Shown here one piece after another: positions 22,380 through 34,207 of a DNA stretch of 41,835 nt. The position numbers and the translations under genes are program-made. This DNA comes from Nemertoderma westbladi. Taxonomy: Eukaryota; Animalia; Xenacoelomorpha. Position 1 is the stretch's first letter, and every line of letters starts with the position of its first letter. The notes beneath the pieces are model-generated. The model did not search any database and was not told the DNA's origin. It was given only the letters and a program-made list of their open reading frames with translations. The stretch spans positions 1 to 41,835 of the forward strand of contig JAUCBJ010000745.1 in the NCBI GenBank assembly GCA_032718475.1, in the 5' to 3' direction.

Positions 22380-22608
22380 ACTTCTTCAGTATAAAATAAT
22401 AAGTATGACTGCTAAAGTATCTATCAATGTTATTTCGATAATAATAACAGACGGTCAGAAGTGGCTAGCTACCGCACACATGCAGACTCGAGATAATAAA
22501 CCTAATATCTATATAGTACAGATCAGTTCTGTGTTACCGGTAAAGTCTCTCTCTATATATATTCTAGGGGAAAAAGGGGGAGGGGGGGGGGCACCGGCCA
22601 CCACTATA
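22350..22608 (-). repeat. 5' LTR (259 bp)
   Basis: Direct repeat of 20086-20345; minus-strand ends read TATAGTGG...CGCTACA. Confidence 0.95.
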
Positions 22609-22804
22609 CTACCTGTGACGTCGATAAACTATATCTAGAGATGGGAAGGACAATAAATTAATATATTTATTGTAGATTAATTAAGTAATTTATTTGTTAA
22701 ATATAAGTGTTATTATTACCGAAATAATAATTTGAAGTAATGTGTTTATCATTGTTATGTTATTACAAATATTTTAGAATAGGTGGTTTACTTCCCCATG
22801 GGGC

Positions 22805-22965
22805 AGCCAAATCACAAGATTGTGCTTAGGTTTGTCCTCATGGAGAAAGTGATATCCTGCAAAGCGGAGGCGGCTTTGTTCAAGTGTCAAGCTCAGGAGA
22901 ACCAATGAGACACCTCCAATGTTAATAGTTTATATTTTCAGGCGCGTTTCTCATTCCATGTTTCA
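22805..22965 (-). mobile_element. Short diverged second copy of the RTE 3' coding region
   Basis: Shares CCTGCAAAGCGGAGGC...CCAATGAGACACCTCCAATGTTA with 23415-23530. Confidence 0.8.
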
Positions 22966-23247
22966 TTTTCCTAATTTTTGGTGGGGATCCTTTGTTTTTT
23001 TTTGAAGTTTTGGTGGGTCAATATATGCAACAAAGCGGGATTGCAGCATGGAAGATATGTCCTTTACTACAAGGTTAGTTGATTGAACACTGCGTCTATG
23101 TGCCACAACATATCAAAGCAATTGTATATATTCAATGTTTGTGTAGCTCAGTTTTGCCATTAAAATTTAAAAATCGGCATTAAATATTCAATGGTATTTG
23201 CCATTGACTCGTCTAATGTTATACAATGCTGCATTGCAGCTGCATTT

Positions 23248-26130
23248 TTAAGAATGCTGTACCGGCTTGTCAACAAAATTGCACCGCCACAACTCCCTAT
23301 CACCCATAACATTTGCTAGATAATCCCCATGTTCAAGGTCAGTGTCCTTTAAGATGCGTCTCAAGAAAGTCATGGGCTGTCCACCATGCTTATTCACTCC
23401 ATGAGGCTGTCAAAGTACAAGATTATGCACTGGCTGGTCCTCACGGCGAAAGCAATGTCCTGCAAAGCGGAGGCAATTTTGTTCTAGAGTCAAGCTTGGG
23501 GGGACCAATGAGACACCTCCAATGTTATATAGTGTCTGGTTGGATACGTGTGCATTGTAATTGACACAATGAACCCGGCGTAGCATTCTTGTGAATGTGC
23601 CATCCAGAGATTTGGTGTCCTCAGCAGTTAGAGCCCAGCATGGACTCCCGTAGAGGAGTACTGGAACTACTGCTGCTCTAAATAATCGGACCTTAAGTTT
23701 CCGATTAATTCTCGCTGACTTCCAAATCCTGGAAAGCCTATTCAAGGCTGCCCATGCCTTTCCCTTACGTATTCGAAGGTCCTCACCTGACTTCCGGATC
23801 CATGATCCCAGGTAACAGAAGTCGTCCACATGCTCAAGCATACCATCCTTTGAGCTTATGCTCATCCAATCAGAGACTTGCTGATGACTTTCAAAGTTAA
23901 CTGTCAAAATTGTGGTCTTTCTGGAGTTAATAAAAAGACCAACACTAGAAGCAGCATGTTCTAATGAGCTGAGGAGCCGTTGGGCTCCCTCTAATGATTC
24001 TGAGAGTACTCCTAAGTCATCAGCAAAGTCTAGATCAGTTAGGTACTTGGCAGGATTTCCTCGACTTCTGGAGCCAGTAGGTGGAGTTATCATCACCCCA
24101 TCATCATTATGATGATCTAAGGACATGCGTAGAACATAGTCAACCACAATAATGAACAAGAAAGGTGCAAGTGTGTCTCCTTGGAGGACGCCCCATAACA
24201 CTTCAAATGGTTCTGTGTCACCGTCAACAGTAGACACAAATGTTGTCGAACCATCGTATACTGGTCTTATTGCTGCAATAATCAGGAATCAGGAATCCCA
24301 TATAATGAAAGTATGCTGAACATACGTGAGCGAGAGACTGAATCAAAGGCCTTCAAGAAGTCAACAAAGATAACATCCTGATGCCTGTCTTTCTTTTTTG
24401 ATAATTCTTCAATTATCCTTCTAAGTGCCAAAATGGGCTCCATGGTCCCACGACCTTTACGGAACCCATTCTGATTTCCACGGAGCAGTCTCTCAATGGG
24501 ATCCCTGATGCGAATTAATAGAATCCTATTGTATAGCTTTGCAGCAATTGAGATCAATGAGATTCCCCGAAAAGAACCATAGAGTGTTAGGTTGCCCTTC
24601 TTGGGAACTGGCACCAACTTATTTGTTTTCATTTCTTGTGGGACTCTTGTTGTTCGGTACATGTCTACTATGATGGGATAGATGAGCTTTAAACACTCAG
24701 GTATTTTAAAGACCTCAGGGGGAACACCATCTACTCCACTGGCACGATTGGTCTTAATGCTCTTTGCAGCAGCCTTCACTTCTGCAAAGGAGCTATCGCC
24801 AATGGGAATATCTGGGAGTACAGAATCAGACACTTTTACTTCTATAAAGTTAACAGGCAATACCCTGTCATTATTGAGGAGCTTTTCAAAGTGGGCTTTC
24901 CAACCATTGAGTCGATCGGCTGGTGATTCAGCCTTAACCTTGGTGGTTGGTTGGCTTTTCCGCCCAGTAAGCAAGTTGATCGATTTCCATGCCTGGGATG
25001 ATTGCCTGCTGTCGTCAGCATCATTGATGGCATCAACCTGTTGGTTTATTAGCTCCTGTAGATTAACAGAGTACTGCCTGTTCAGGGACCTAGATGCAGC
25101 CTTAACTGCATTCTTGGCCGCTGTAGTCTGTTTCAGTCGGGACTCTTTCTGCCCTTTATGAAGGTCATTTCGGTACTTCTGAATTTTGTTGTCAGTCCAG
25201 GGGGCCCTTTTCCTGTTTCGAGGGTATATTATTATTATTATTATTAATATAAATTTACACCATAACTTAGAACTGAACAAAGACTGCATAGACAATTTAA
25301 ATATAGCATTATATTTCCCCATAAAATGTTTATGTTTCCCCCATAAAATATACATTACATACATTTCATACATTACTTAGTTTAAAATATGAGTCAATAA
25401 TTATTTAAGGTACATTAAAATACATCGAGTTAAAATTATTACTGTATGTAATTGGTCTCAAAAAGGCCGTGCTAATTATGAGATTAAACAATGATTAAAA
25501 GGGTCAGAAGACTGGATGTTATATGAAATTAGATAGAAATATTTGTATTAAAATAAGATGAAATATATATATATACGTATTAATAAAAGGGTCGGTCTCT
25601 GATGTCGTAAAAATTAGATAAAATATATGCGTATTAAATTTAAAATGAGATGCAGTAAATACGTATTAAAAGGGTCAGAGTGGATGTGAAGTGTAATAAA
25701 ATTTGTATTAATTAAATAAAGCATTATAGAATATAAGTCGTTATCTATGGGTATAAATCATCGAGACGATGGATTCGATCGAGACGAGGGCTATACAGGA
25801 ACAGTTTCTGCAGCTGCTAATTTAACTGCTTCTGTAAAGGCAGTATAGCCCTCACAGTGATCTGCCGCTTCAGAGGCAAGAGCATCATACTTGTTGCTCA
25901 GCTGTAGTGTGAAGCTGGATCTCACACTTGGCTGTTGCAACAGAGAGGACCAGTCATGTCGCGGCAAGGCAGATTTCGTTGTTCTGCTAGCACGCAGACT
26001 AAGTCTTACCTTGGCCACAATAAGGCAGTGATCACTGGAGAAGAGTCGTAGTGTAAATGCATTACAGTCTTGTATAGAGTTCCTTTATTTCCTACGAAAC
26101 AGAATATGGTCTATCTGGGACTTAGAAAGG
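23248..26130 (-). mobile_element. 5'-truncated, disabled RTE-clade LINE (APE C-terminus plus RT)
   Basis: SQIDHILF..SSDH (APE end); NQNGFRKGR, FVDFLKAFDS, GVLQGDTLAP, LDFADD; C-terminal MGDRELWR ending in TAA at 23248. Frameshift from an AATCAGG duplication at ~24280, stops at 23410 and ~26085, insertion at 25229. Confidence 0.9.
25229..25784 (-). mobile_element. 5'-truncated non-LTR 3' end with (TAA)n tail, inserted in the RTE
   Basis: Starts with (TTA)5-6 on the + strand; flanked by CGAGGGTATA (25219-25228) and CGAGGGcTATA (25785-25795). Removal rejoins the RTE reading ETVPVYPRNRKRAPW. Confidence 0.75.
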
Positions 26131-26132
26131 TA

Positions 26133-26240
26133 GTTAAATGTGTATTTGAATGGATCTAAAATCACCCTCCATAGAAAACAATATAAGAAATTATCTGAGC
26201 ACTGTGTAATGACGTCAAATATGTAGAAGCTAATCACAGC
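26133..26240. repeat. Fragment of the foldback element arm
   Basis: Close match to ~16845-16951 (AAAATCACCCTCCATAGAAAACAATATAAGAAATT...GAAGCTAATCACAGC). Confidence 0.85.
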
Positions 26241-26431
26241 TGTTTGCGCTTTTAGACCTTTAACAGTTTAACCTGTTAATTTAAGTGTATTATGATGTCT
26301 GCAGATAGGGAGGGGGGGTGGGGGGGACTGAACGCAATACAAATTCATCCCTCTCCATGGAAAATTCGACGCAAATAACAGCTGATTACTCTCAAAAATA
26401 AAACTCTAACCTGTTCTATTGTGTTTAGTTT

Positions 26432-28957
26432 TAGTTGCAGAAGGATTGTGGATGGAGAGTGCGGGGCATCCGTCTGCATTGGCGGGAGGAACTCGCCTGG
26501 AATGGTGAGGGGGGCACCGAAAACCAACTCGTTGGTGGGGGTTCCAAAGTCGTCCTTTGGGGCGTTCCTAATGCTGAGAAGGACCCACGGCAACTCATCG
26601 ACCCAATCGGGGTCAGTCGGGCCAATCGGGTTGAGGTGGTGGTGGAAACGTTCCACCAGTCCATTCGCCTGCGGGTGGTCGGCCGTGGTGCGGTGCAGTT
26701 GGGTTCCTAGCAACTGGTTGATGGCCAACCAGAGCTGGGAATATGAACAGCGTGCCACAGTCAGAAGACACGTCAGTAGGGACGCCAAAACGGGCTATCC
26801 AGTTCGCAATGAGTGTGCGAGCGCAGCTCTCAGTGAAGGTCTCGGTGAGGGGAATGGCTTCTGGCCACCGGGTGAATCGATCCACCATCGTTAGGAGGTG
26901 GGTGTACCCATGGGATGGTGGGAGGGGCCCGACCAGATCTATGTGGATGTGGTCGAAGCAGCGATGGGGCGTCTCGATGGTACCAAGGGGAGCGCGGACG
27001 TGTTGTTGTACCTTAGACGTCTGGCATGGCACACATGTTGTAGCCCATTGACCGACCTGTTTCCGGAGGCCATGCCAGACGAATCGGCCGGCGACTACTT
27101 TCTTTGTCGCATGAACCCCCGGGTGCGAATGGCCGTGGATGATGTCGAAGACGTGGCGACGTCATGTGGCCAGGATGATCGGTTGGGGGTGGCCAAGGGA
27201 GACGTCGCAGAGCAGCATGACATCGGAGGGGCCGACGGGGACGTCCTGCAGTTCGAGGCCCGAGGTGGCAGTGTGGTGAACTCGCTGTCGGCGAGTTGGG
27301 CAGCATCCATGGCGATGTAGTCAAGGCCGGGGGTGTGTATAGCACCGATGTGCGTCCTGGAGAGGGCATCTGCCACACAGTTATCTTTCCCCGAGACGTG
27401 GGCGATGGAAGTGGTGAAATCCGACATATATGCGATGTGTCACTGTTGTCTGGAGGACCACGAATCGCTAATCTTGGAGAAAGCGAACATGAGGGGTTTG
27501 TGATCCGTGTAGGCGGTGAAAATGCGCCCCTCCAGGAAGTAATGGAAGTGTCAAACTGCGAGGTAAAGAGCCAGGAGTTCCCGGTCAAAAGCGCTGTACT
27601 TCACCTCTGGGGGTCTCAACTGTTGGCTGAAGAACACTAGGGGGCGCCACGAATTGCCGACCAGCTGCTTGAGCACGGCGCCCACCGCTGTGCCAGAGGC
27701 ATCCAGTGTGAGTGATGTGGGGGCGGTGGCTTCAGGGTGGGCCAACATGGTTGCATGGGCGAGGACCTCCTTCGTGTCCCTGAAGGCTACCACCATGTCA
27801 GGAGATCAGTTGAGAAGTTTTGGTTTGGCACCAGAAAGGGCCCTGTAGAGAGGCCGCATAATGGCTGCGGCAGAAGGGATGAAGCAATGGTAAAAGTTTA
27901 CCACCCCCACAAACTCCTGTAGGCCCTTAACGGTGGTGGGCTGGGCAAACTCCCGGATGGCGGTGACTTTATCAGGTAGGGGAATGGCTCCCTGGGCCGA
28001 GATGCAGTGGCCGAGGAAGTCGATGACTGGCTGACCTAACTGGCACTTGGCTACGTTGATGATGAGGCCAGGCTGCTGTAGGCGCGAGAATAGCTGATGG
28101 AGATGGTCTTGGTGCTCCTGTTTGGACTGACTCGCGACGAGGACATCGTGCAGGTAGATGAACAGGAACTCGAGTCCCTGGAGCACTGAGTGAATCAGTC
28201 TCTGGAAGGCCGGGGCCGCGTTCTTCAACCCGAATGGTACCCGAAGGAATTCGAAAAGGCCAAATGGGGTGATGACGGCGGTCTTAGCGATGTCGGTATC
28301 AGTGACGGGGGGATCTGGTGGTAGCCACACACCAGATCAATCTTTGAGAAGATCCGTGCACCTGATAGGTGGGAGGAGAAGTCCTGGATGTTGGGAACAG
28401 GATACCAGTCCAGAGTCGTGGCTTCATTGAGGCGGCGGTAGTCGCCGCAGGGCCTCCAGCGGCCCGATGGTTTAGGGGCCATGTGGAGGGGAGACGACCA
28501 AGGACTGTTGGACCGATGGACGATCCCCATCTCCTTCATCTTGCGGAACTCCTCCTTGGTGATCACCAGTTTATCTGAAGGGAGGCGGTGGGCGTGGGCA
28601 TGTACTGGTGGCCCTTCAGTGGGGATATAGTGTTCGACGCCATGTTTCACCCTTGGCTCAGAGAACCGAGGCTCCGTGATTTGAGGAAACTCAGCGAGGA
28701 AACAGGCGAACTCGTTGTCGGTGACCGACAAAACCGAGGTGGAGGGCATGGCCTGGGGTCCATCCGCATGAGATCGAGGTCAACGTCTCGGCATCGACCA
28801 GGCGGCAGCCTCTCAGATCGACCAACAGGTTGTTGGCTCGGAAGAATTCGGCTCCGAGGAGAGGCTGGGTGACGTACGCAACTATGAATCGCCACTCGAA
28901 CTGGCGGGTCCCGAAACGCAGTGGAATTGTGCGTGGTCCGTAGGTCCTGATTGAGCG
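26432..28957 (-). mobile_element. pol: Gypsy (CsRn1-like) pol remnant: protease end, RT, RNase H, integrase; no LTRs
   Basis: QPLLGAEF, SPWSSPLHM, WRPCGDYRRLN, PFGLKNA, IYLHDV (dead YxDD), LDASGTAVGAVL, YSAFDRELLA, GKDNCVADALSR, HIHIDLVGPL, HPQANGLVERFH, split over many frames; GC-rich. Confidence 0.92.
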
Positions 28958-29135
28958 CAAGCGATCTTGATCTGTTCGATGAACCCACCGCTGATAAGGA
29001 GGTAAATTTACACACTTATATTATTTTGATGATAAATTTAAATATTTAGTTGATGATTAATTGTGGCATTTGTTTGTGTATGTCAGTCACAAAATTATTG
29101 CAATTGTTAGCAGCTGCCACAACATTTTGGTATTA

Positions 29136-30480
29136 GTTTGTGGCTGTCACAACATTACGACAATAATTGTTTGTGACTGTCACAACATTACGACAATAAT
29201 TGTTTGTGGCTGTCACAACATTACGACAATAATTGTTTGTGACTGTCACAACATTACGACAATTGTTTGTGGCTGTCACAAAATTACGACAATTGTTTGT
29301 AGCTGTCACAACATTACGACAATTGTTTGTAGCTATCACAACATTCGGACAATTGTTTGTGGCTGTCACAACATTACGACAATTGTTTGTGGCTGTCACA
29401 AAATTACGACAATTGTTTGTAGCTGTTACAACATTACGACAATTGTTTGTAGCTATCACAACATTAGGACAATTGTTTGTGGCTGTCACAACATTACGAC
29501 AATTGTTTGTGGCTGTCACAAAATTACGACAATTGTTTGTAGCTGTCACAACATTACGACAATTGTTTGTAGCTATCACAACATTCGGACAATTGTTTGT
29601 GGCTGTCACAAAATTACTACAATTGTTTGTGGCTGTCACAACATTACGACAATTGTTTGTAGTTGTCACTACATTACGACAATTGTTTGTAGCTGTCACA
29701 ACATTCATACAATTGTTTGTTGCTGTCACAACATTTGTACGATTGTTTGTTGCTGTCACAACATTTGTACGATTGTTTGTAGCTGTCACAACATTACGAG
29801 AATTGTTTGTAGCTGTCACAACATTCATACAATTGTTTGTTGCTGTCACAACATTTGTACGATTGTTTGTGGCTGTCACAACATTACGACAATTGTTTGT
29901 AGCTGTCACAACATTCGTACAATTGTTTGTGGCTGTCACAACATTGCGACAATTGTTTGTGGCTGTCACAACATTGCGACAATTGTTTGTAGCTGTCACA
30001 ACATTACGACAATTGTTTGTTGCTGTCACAACATTACGACAATTGTTTGTGGCTGTAACAACATTGCGACAATTGTTTGTGGCTGTCACAACATTACGAC
30101 AATTGTTTGTGACTGTCACAACATTACTACAATTGTTTGTAGCTGTCACAAGATTGCGACAATTGTTTGTGGCTGTCACAATATTGCGACAATTGTTTTT
30201 GGCTGTCACAACATTACGACAATTGTTTGTGGCTGTCACAACATTCGGACAATTGTTTTTGGCTGTCACAACATTACGACAATTGTTTGTGACTGTTACA
30301 ACATTGCGACAATTGTTTGTGGCTGTCACAACATTCGGACAATTGTTTGTGGCAGTCCCAACATTGCGACAAATGTTTGTGGCTGTCACAACATTCAGAC
30401 AATTGTTTGTGGCTGTTACAAAATTACTACAATTGATTGTGGCTGTCACAATATTCCGAAGTTGTTTGTGACTGTCCCAA
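29136..30480. repeat. 30-bp minisatellite block (first of nine), consensus TTGTTTGTGGCTGTCACAACATTACGACAA, with some 33-bp variants
   Basis: About 44 units visible as exact 30-nt periodicity; the same ordered variant string recurs in later blocks. Confidence 0.98.
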
Positions 30481-30495
30481 CACAGTTAGTTTTAG

Positions 30496-30736
30496 CTGTA
30501 AGATTTTGTGTGTGAAACTACCATGGTAAGAGGTTTGCAAGAGTTACTTTTTGCAAACCTGCAAGCATTGTTTATTAACACAATCCAATGTATCTATATT
30601 TTTTCTAGTTTAACGAAGAAATTGACGACTAACGGATAATATTCCGTTGATATTGGGTGGCTCTGCTGCTCCTGATAAGCAACCGATCTGCACAAGCGAT
30701 CTTGATCTGTTCGATGAACCCACCGCTGATAAGGAG
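30496..30736 (+). pseudogene. Disabled exon pair 30496-30525 + 30609-30736
   Basis: TAC>TAA in the 30-nt exon; 1-bp deletion (GACGAC-TAA, 128 nt) in the long exon. Confidence 0.55.
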
Positions 30737-32230
30737 GTAAATTTACACACTTATATTATTTTGATGATAAATTTAAATATTTAGTTGATGATTAATTGTG
30801 GCATTTGTTTGTGTATGTCAGTCACAAAATTATTGCAATTGTTAGCAGCTGCCACAACATTTTGGTATTAGTTTGTGGCTGTCACAACATTACGACAATA
30901 ATTGTTTGTGACTGTCACAACATTACGACAATAATTGTTTGTGGCTGTCACAACATTACGACAATAATTGTTTGTGACTGTCACAACATTACGACAATTG
31001 TTTGTGGCTGTCACAAAATTACGACAATTGTTTGTAGCTGTCACAACATTACGACAATTGTTTGTAGCTATCACAACATTCGGACAATTGTTTGTGGCTG
31101 TCACAACATTACGACAATTGTTTGTGGCTGTCACAAAATTACGACAATTGTTTGTAGCTGTTACAACATTACGACAATTGTTTGTAGCTATCACAACATT
31201 AGGACAATTGTTTGTGGCTGTCACAACATTACGACAATTGTTTGTGGCTGTCACAAAATTACGACAATTGTTTGTAGCTGTCACAACATTACGACAATTG
31301 TTTGTAGCTATCACAACATTCGGACAATTGTTTGTGGCTGTCACAAAATTACTACAATTGTTTGTGGCTGTCACAACATTACGACAATTGTTTGTAGTTG
31401 TCACTACATTACGACAATTGTTTGTAGCTGTCACAACATTCATACAATTGTTTGTTGCTGTCACAACATTTGTACGATTGTTTGTTGCTGTCACAACATT
31501 TGTACGATTGTTTGTAGCTGTCACAACATTACGAGAATTGTTTGTAGCTGTCACAACATTCATACAATTGTTTGTTGCTGTCACAACATTTGTACGATTG
31601 TTTGTGGCTGTCACAACATTACGACAATTGTTTGTAGCTGTCACAACATTCGTACAATTGTTTGTGGCTGTCACAACATTGCGACAATTGTTTGTGGCTG
31701 TCACAACATTGCGACAATTGTTTGTAGCTGTCACAACATTACGACAATTGTTTGTTGCTGTCACAACATTACGACAATTGTTTGTGGCTGTAACAACATT
31801 GCGACAATTGTTTGTGGCTGTCACAACATTACGACAATTGTTTGTGACTGTCACAACATTACTACAATTGTTTGTAGCTGTCACAAGATTGCGACAATTG
31901 TTTGTGGCTGTCACAATATTGCGACAATTGTTTTTGGCTGTCACAACATTACGACAATTGTTTGTGGCTGTCACAACATTCGGACAATTGTTTTTGGCTG
32001 TCACAACATTACGACAATTGTTTGTGACTGTTACAACATTGCGACAATTGTTTGTGGCTGTCACAACATTCGGACAATTGTTTGTGGCAGTCCCAACATT
32101 GCGACAAATGTTTGTGGCTGTCACAACATTCAGACAATTGTTTGTGGCTGTTACAAAATTACTACAATTGATTGTGGCTGTCACAATATTCCGAAGTTGT
32201 TTGTGACTGTCCCAACACAGTTAGTTTTAG

Positions 32231-32472
32231 CTGTACGATTTTGTGTGTGAAACTACCATAGTAAGAGGTTTGCAAGAGTTACTTTTTGCAAACCTGCAAG
32301 CATTGTTTATTAACACAATCCAATGTATCTATATTTTTTCTAGTTTAACGAAGAAATTGACGACATAACGGATAATATTCCGTTGATATTGGGTGGCTCT
32401 GATGCTCCTGATAAGCAACCGATCTGCACAAGCGATCTTGATCTGCTCGATGAACCCACCGCTGATAAGGAG
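32231..32472 (+). CDS. Putative exon pair 32231-32260 (30 nt) + 32344-32472 (129 nt); 53-aa acidic repeat, unknown protein
   Basis: TTTTAG|LYDFVCETTI|GTAAGA, 83-nt intron, TTTTTTCTAG|FNEEIDDITDNIPLILGGSDAPDKQPICTSDLDLLDEPTADKE|GTAAAT; both exons phase 0. Confidence 0.6.
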
Positions 32473-33966
32473 GTAAATTTACACACTTATATTATTTTGA
32501 TGATAAATTTAAATATTTAGTTGATGATTAATTGTGGCATTTGTTTGTGTATGTCAGTCACAAAATTATTGCAATTGTTAGCAGCTGCCACAACATTTTG
32601 GTATTAGTTTGTGGCTGTCACAACATTACGACAATAATTGTTTGTGACTGTCACAACATTACGACAATAATTGTTTGTGGCTGTCACAACATTACGACAA
32701 TAATTGTTTGTGACTGTCACAACATTACGACAATTGTTTGTGGCTGTCACAAAATTACGACAATTGTTTGTAGCTGTCACAACATTACGACAATTGTTTG
32801 TAGCTATCACAACATTCGGACAATTGTTTGTGGCTGTCACAACATTACGACAATTGTTTGTGGCTGTCACAAAATTACGACAATTGTTTGTAGCTGTCAC
32901 AACATTACGACAATTGTTTGTAGCTATCACAACATTAGGACAATTGTTTGTGGCTGTCACAACATTACGACAATTGTTTGTGGCTGTCACAAAATTACGA
33001 CAATTGTTTGTAGCTGTCACAACATTACGACAATTGTTTGTAGCTATCACAACATTCGGACAATTGTTTGTGGCTGTCACAAAATTACTACAATTGTTTG
33101 TGGCTGTCACAACATTACGACAATTGTTTGTAGTTGTCACTACATTACGACAATTGTTTGTAGCTGTCACAACATTCATACAATTGTTTGTTGCTGTCAC
33201 AACATTTGTACGATTGTTTGTTGCTGTCACAACATTTGTACGATTGTTTGTAGCTGTCACAACATTACGAGAATTGTTTGTAGCTGTCACAACATTCATA
33301 CAATTGTTTGTTGCTGTCACAACATTTGTACGATTGTTTGTGGCTGTCACAACATTACGACAATTGTTTGTAGCTGTCACAACATTCGTACAATTGTTTG
33401 TGGCTGTCACAACATTGCGACAATTGTTTGTGGCTGTCACAACATTGCGACAATTGTTTGTAGCTGTCACAACATTACGACAATTGTTTGTTGCTGTCAC
33501 AACATTACGACAATTGTTTGTGGCTGTAACAACATTGCGACAATTGTTTGTGGCTGTCACAACATTACGACAATTGTTTGTGACTGTCACAACATTACTA
33601 CAATTGTTTGTAGCTGTCACAAGATTGCGACAATTGTTTGTGGCTGTCACAATATTGCGACAATTGTTTTTGGCTGTCACAACATTACGACAATTGTTTG
33701 TGGCTGTCACAACATTCGGACAATTGTTTTTGGCTGTCACAACATTACGACAATTGTTTGTGACTGTTACAACATTGCGACAATTGTTTGTGGCTGTCAC
33801 AACATTCGGACAATTGTTTGTGGCAGTCCCAACATTGCGACAAATGTTTGTGGCTGTCACAACATTCAGACAATTGTTTGTGGCTGTTACAAAATTACTA
33901 CAATTGATTGTGGCTGTCACAATATTCCGAAGTTGTTTGTGACTGTCCCAACACAGTTAGTTTTAG

Positions 33967-34207
33967 CTGTAAGATTTTGTGTGTGAAACTACCATGGTAA
34001 GAGGTTTGCAAGAGTTACTTTTTGCAAACCTGCAAGCATTGTTTATTAACACAATCCAATGTATCTATATTTTTTCTAGTTTAACGAAGAAATTGACGAC
34101 TAACGGATAATATTCCGTTGATATTGGGTGGCTCTGCTGCTCCTGATAAGCAACCGATCTGCACAAGCGATCTTGATCTGTTCGATGAACCCACCGCTGA
34201 TAAGGAG
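33967..34207 (+). pseudogene. Disabled exon pair 33967-33996 + 34080-34207
   Basis: Same two lesions as 30496-30736. Confidence 0.55.

Larger units (their letters stand above)
20086..22608 (-). mobile_element. Non-autonomous Gypsy LTR retrotransposon, CsRn1-like, 2.52 kb
   Basis: LTRs 20086-20345 and 22350-22608; TSD CTAC at 20082-20085 and 22609-22612; PBS, PPT, gag and integrase C-terminal half present; no PR, RT or RNase H. Confidence 0.93.

Noticed and set aside
25224-25373. Hydrophobic N-terminus (ILIIIIIIY) of ORF 24282-25373 as a membrane anchor on the RT
   Set aside because: It is the (TAA)n tail of the nested insertion read in frame by chance.
20086-28957. The gag element and the pol remnant as halves of one element or a helper pair
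   Set aside because: Their overlapping integrase segments differ in sequence and GC content, the pol copy is dead (YLHD, frameshifts), and it shares no LTR.
30496-30600. Spliced-leader RNA gene (CATG|GTAAG plus hairpin in a tandem array, flatworm-like)
   Set aside because: Half the units read CATA|GTAAG, the only U-rich Sm-like stretch is inside the stem, and flanking acceptors fit cis-spliced exons better. Finding this 30-mer at many mRNA 5' ends would reopen it.
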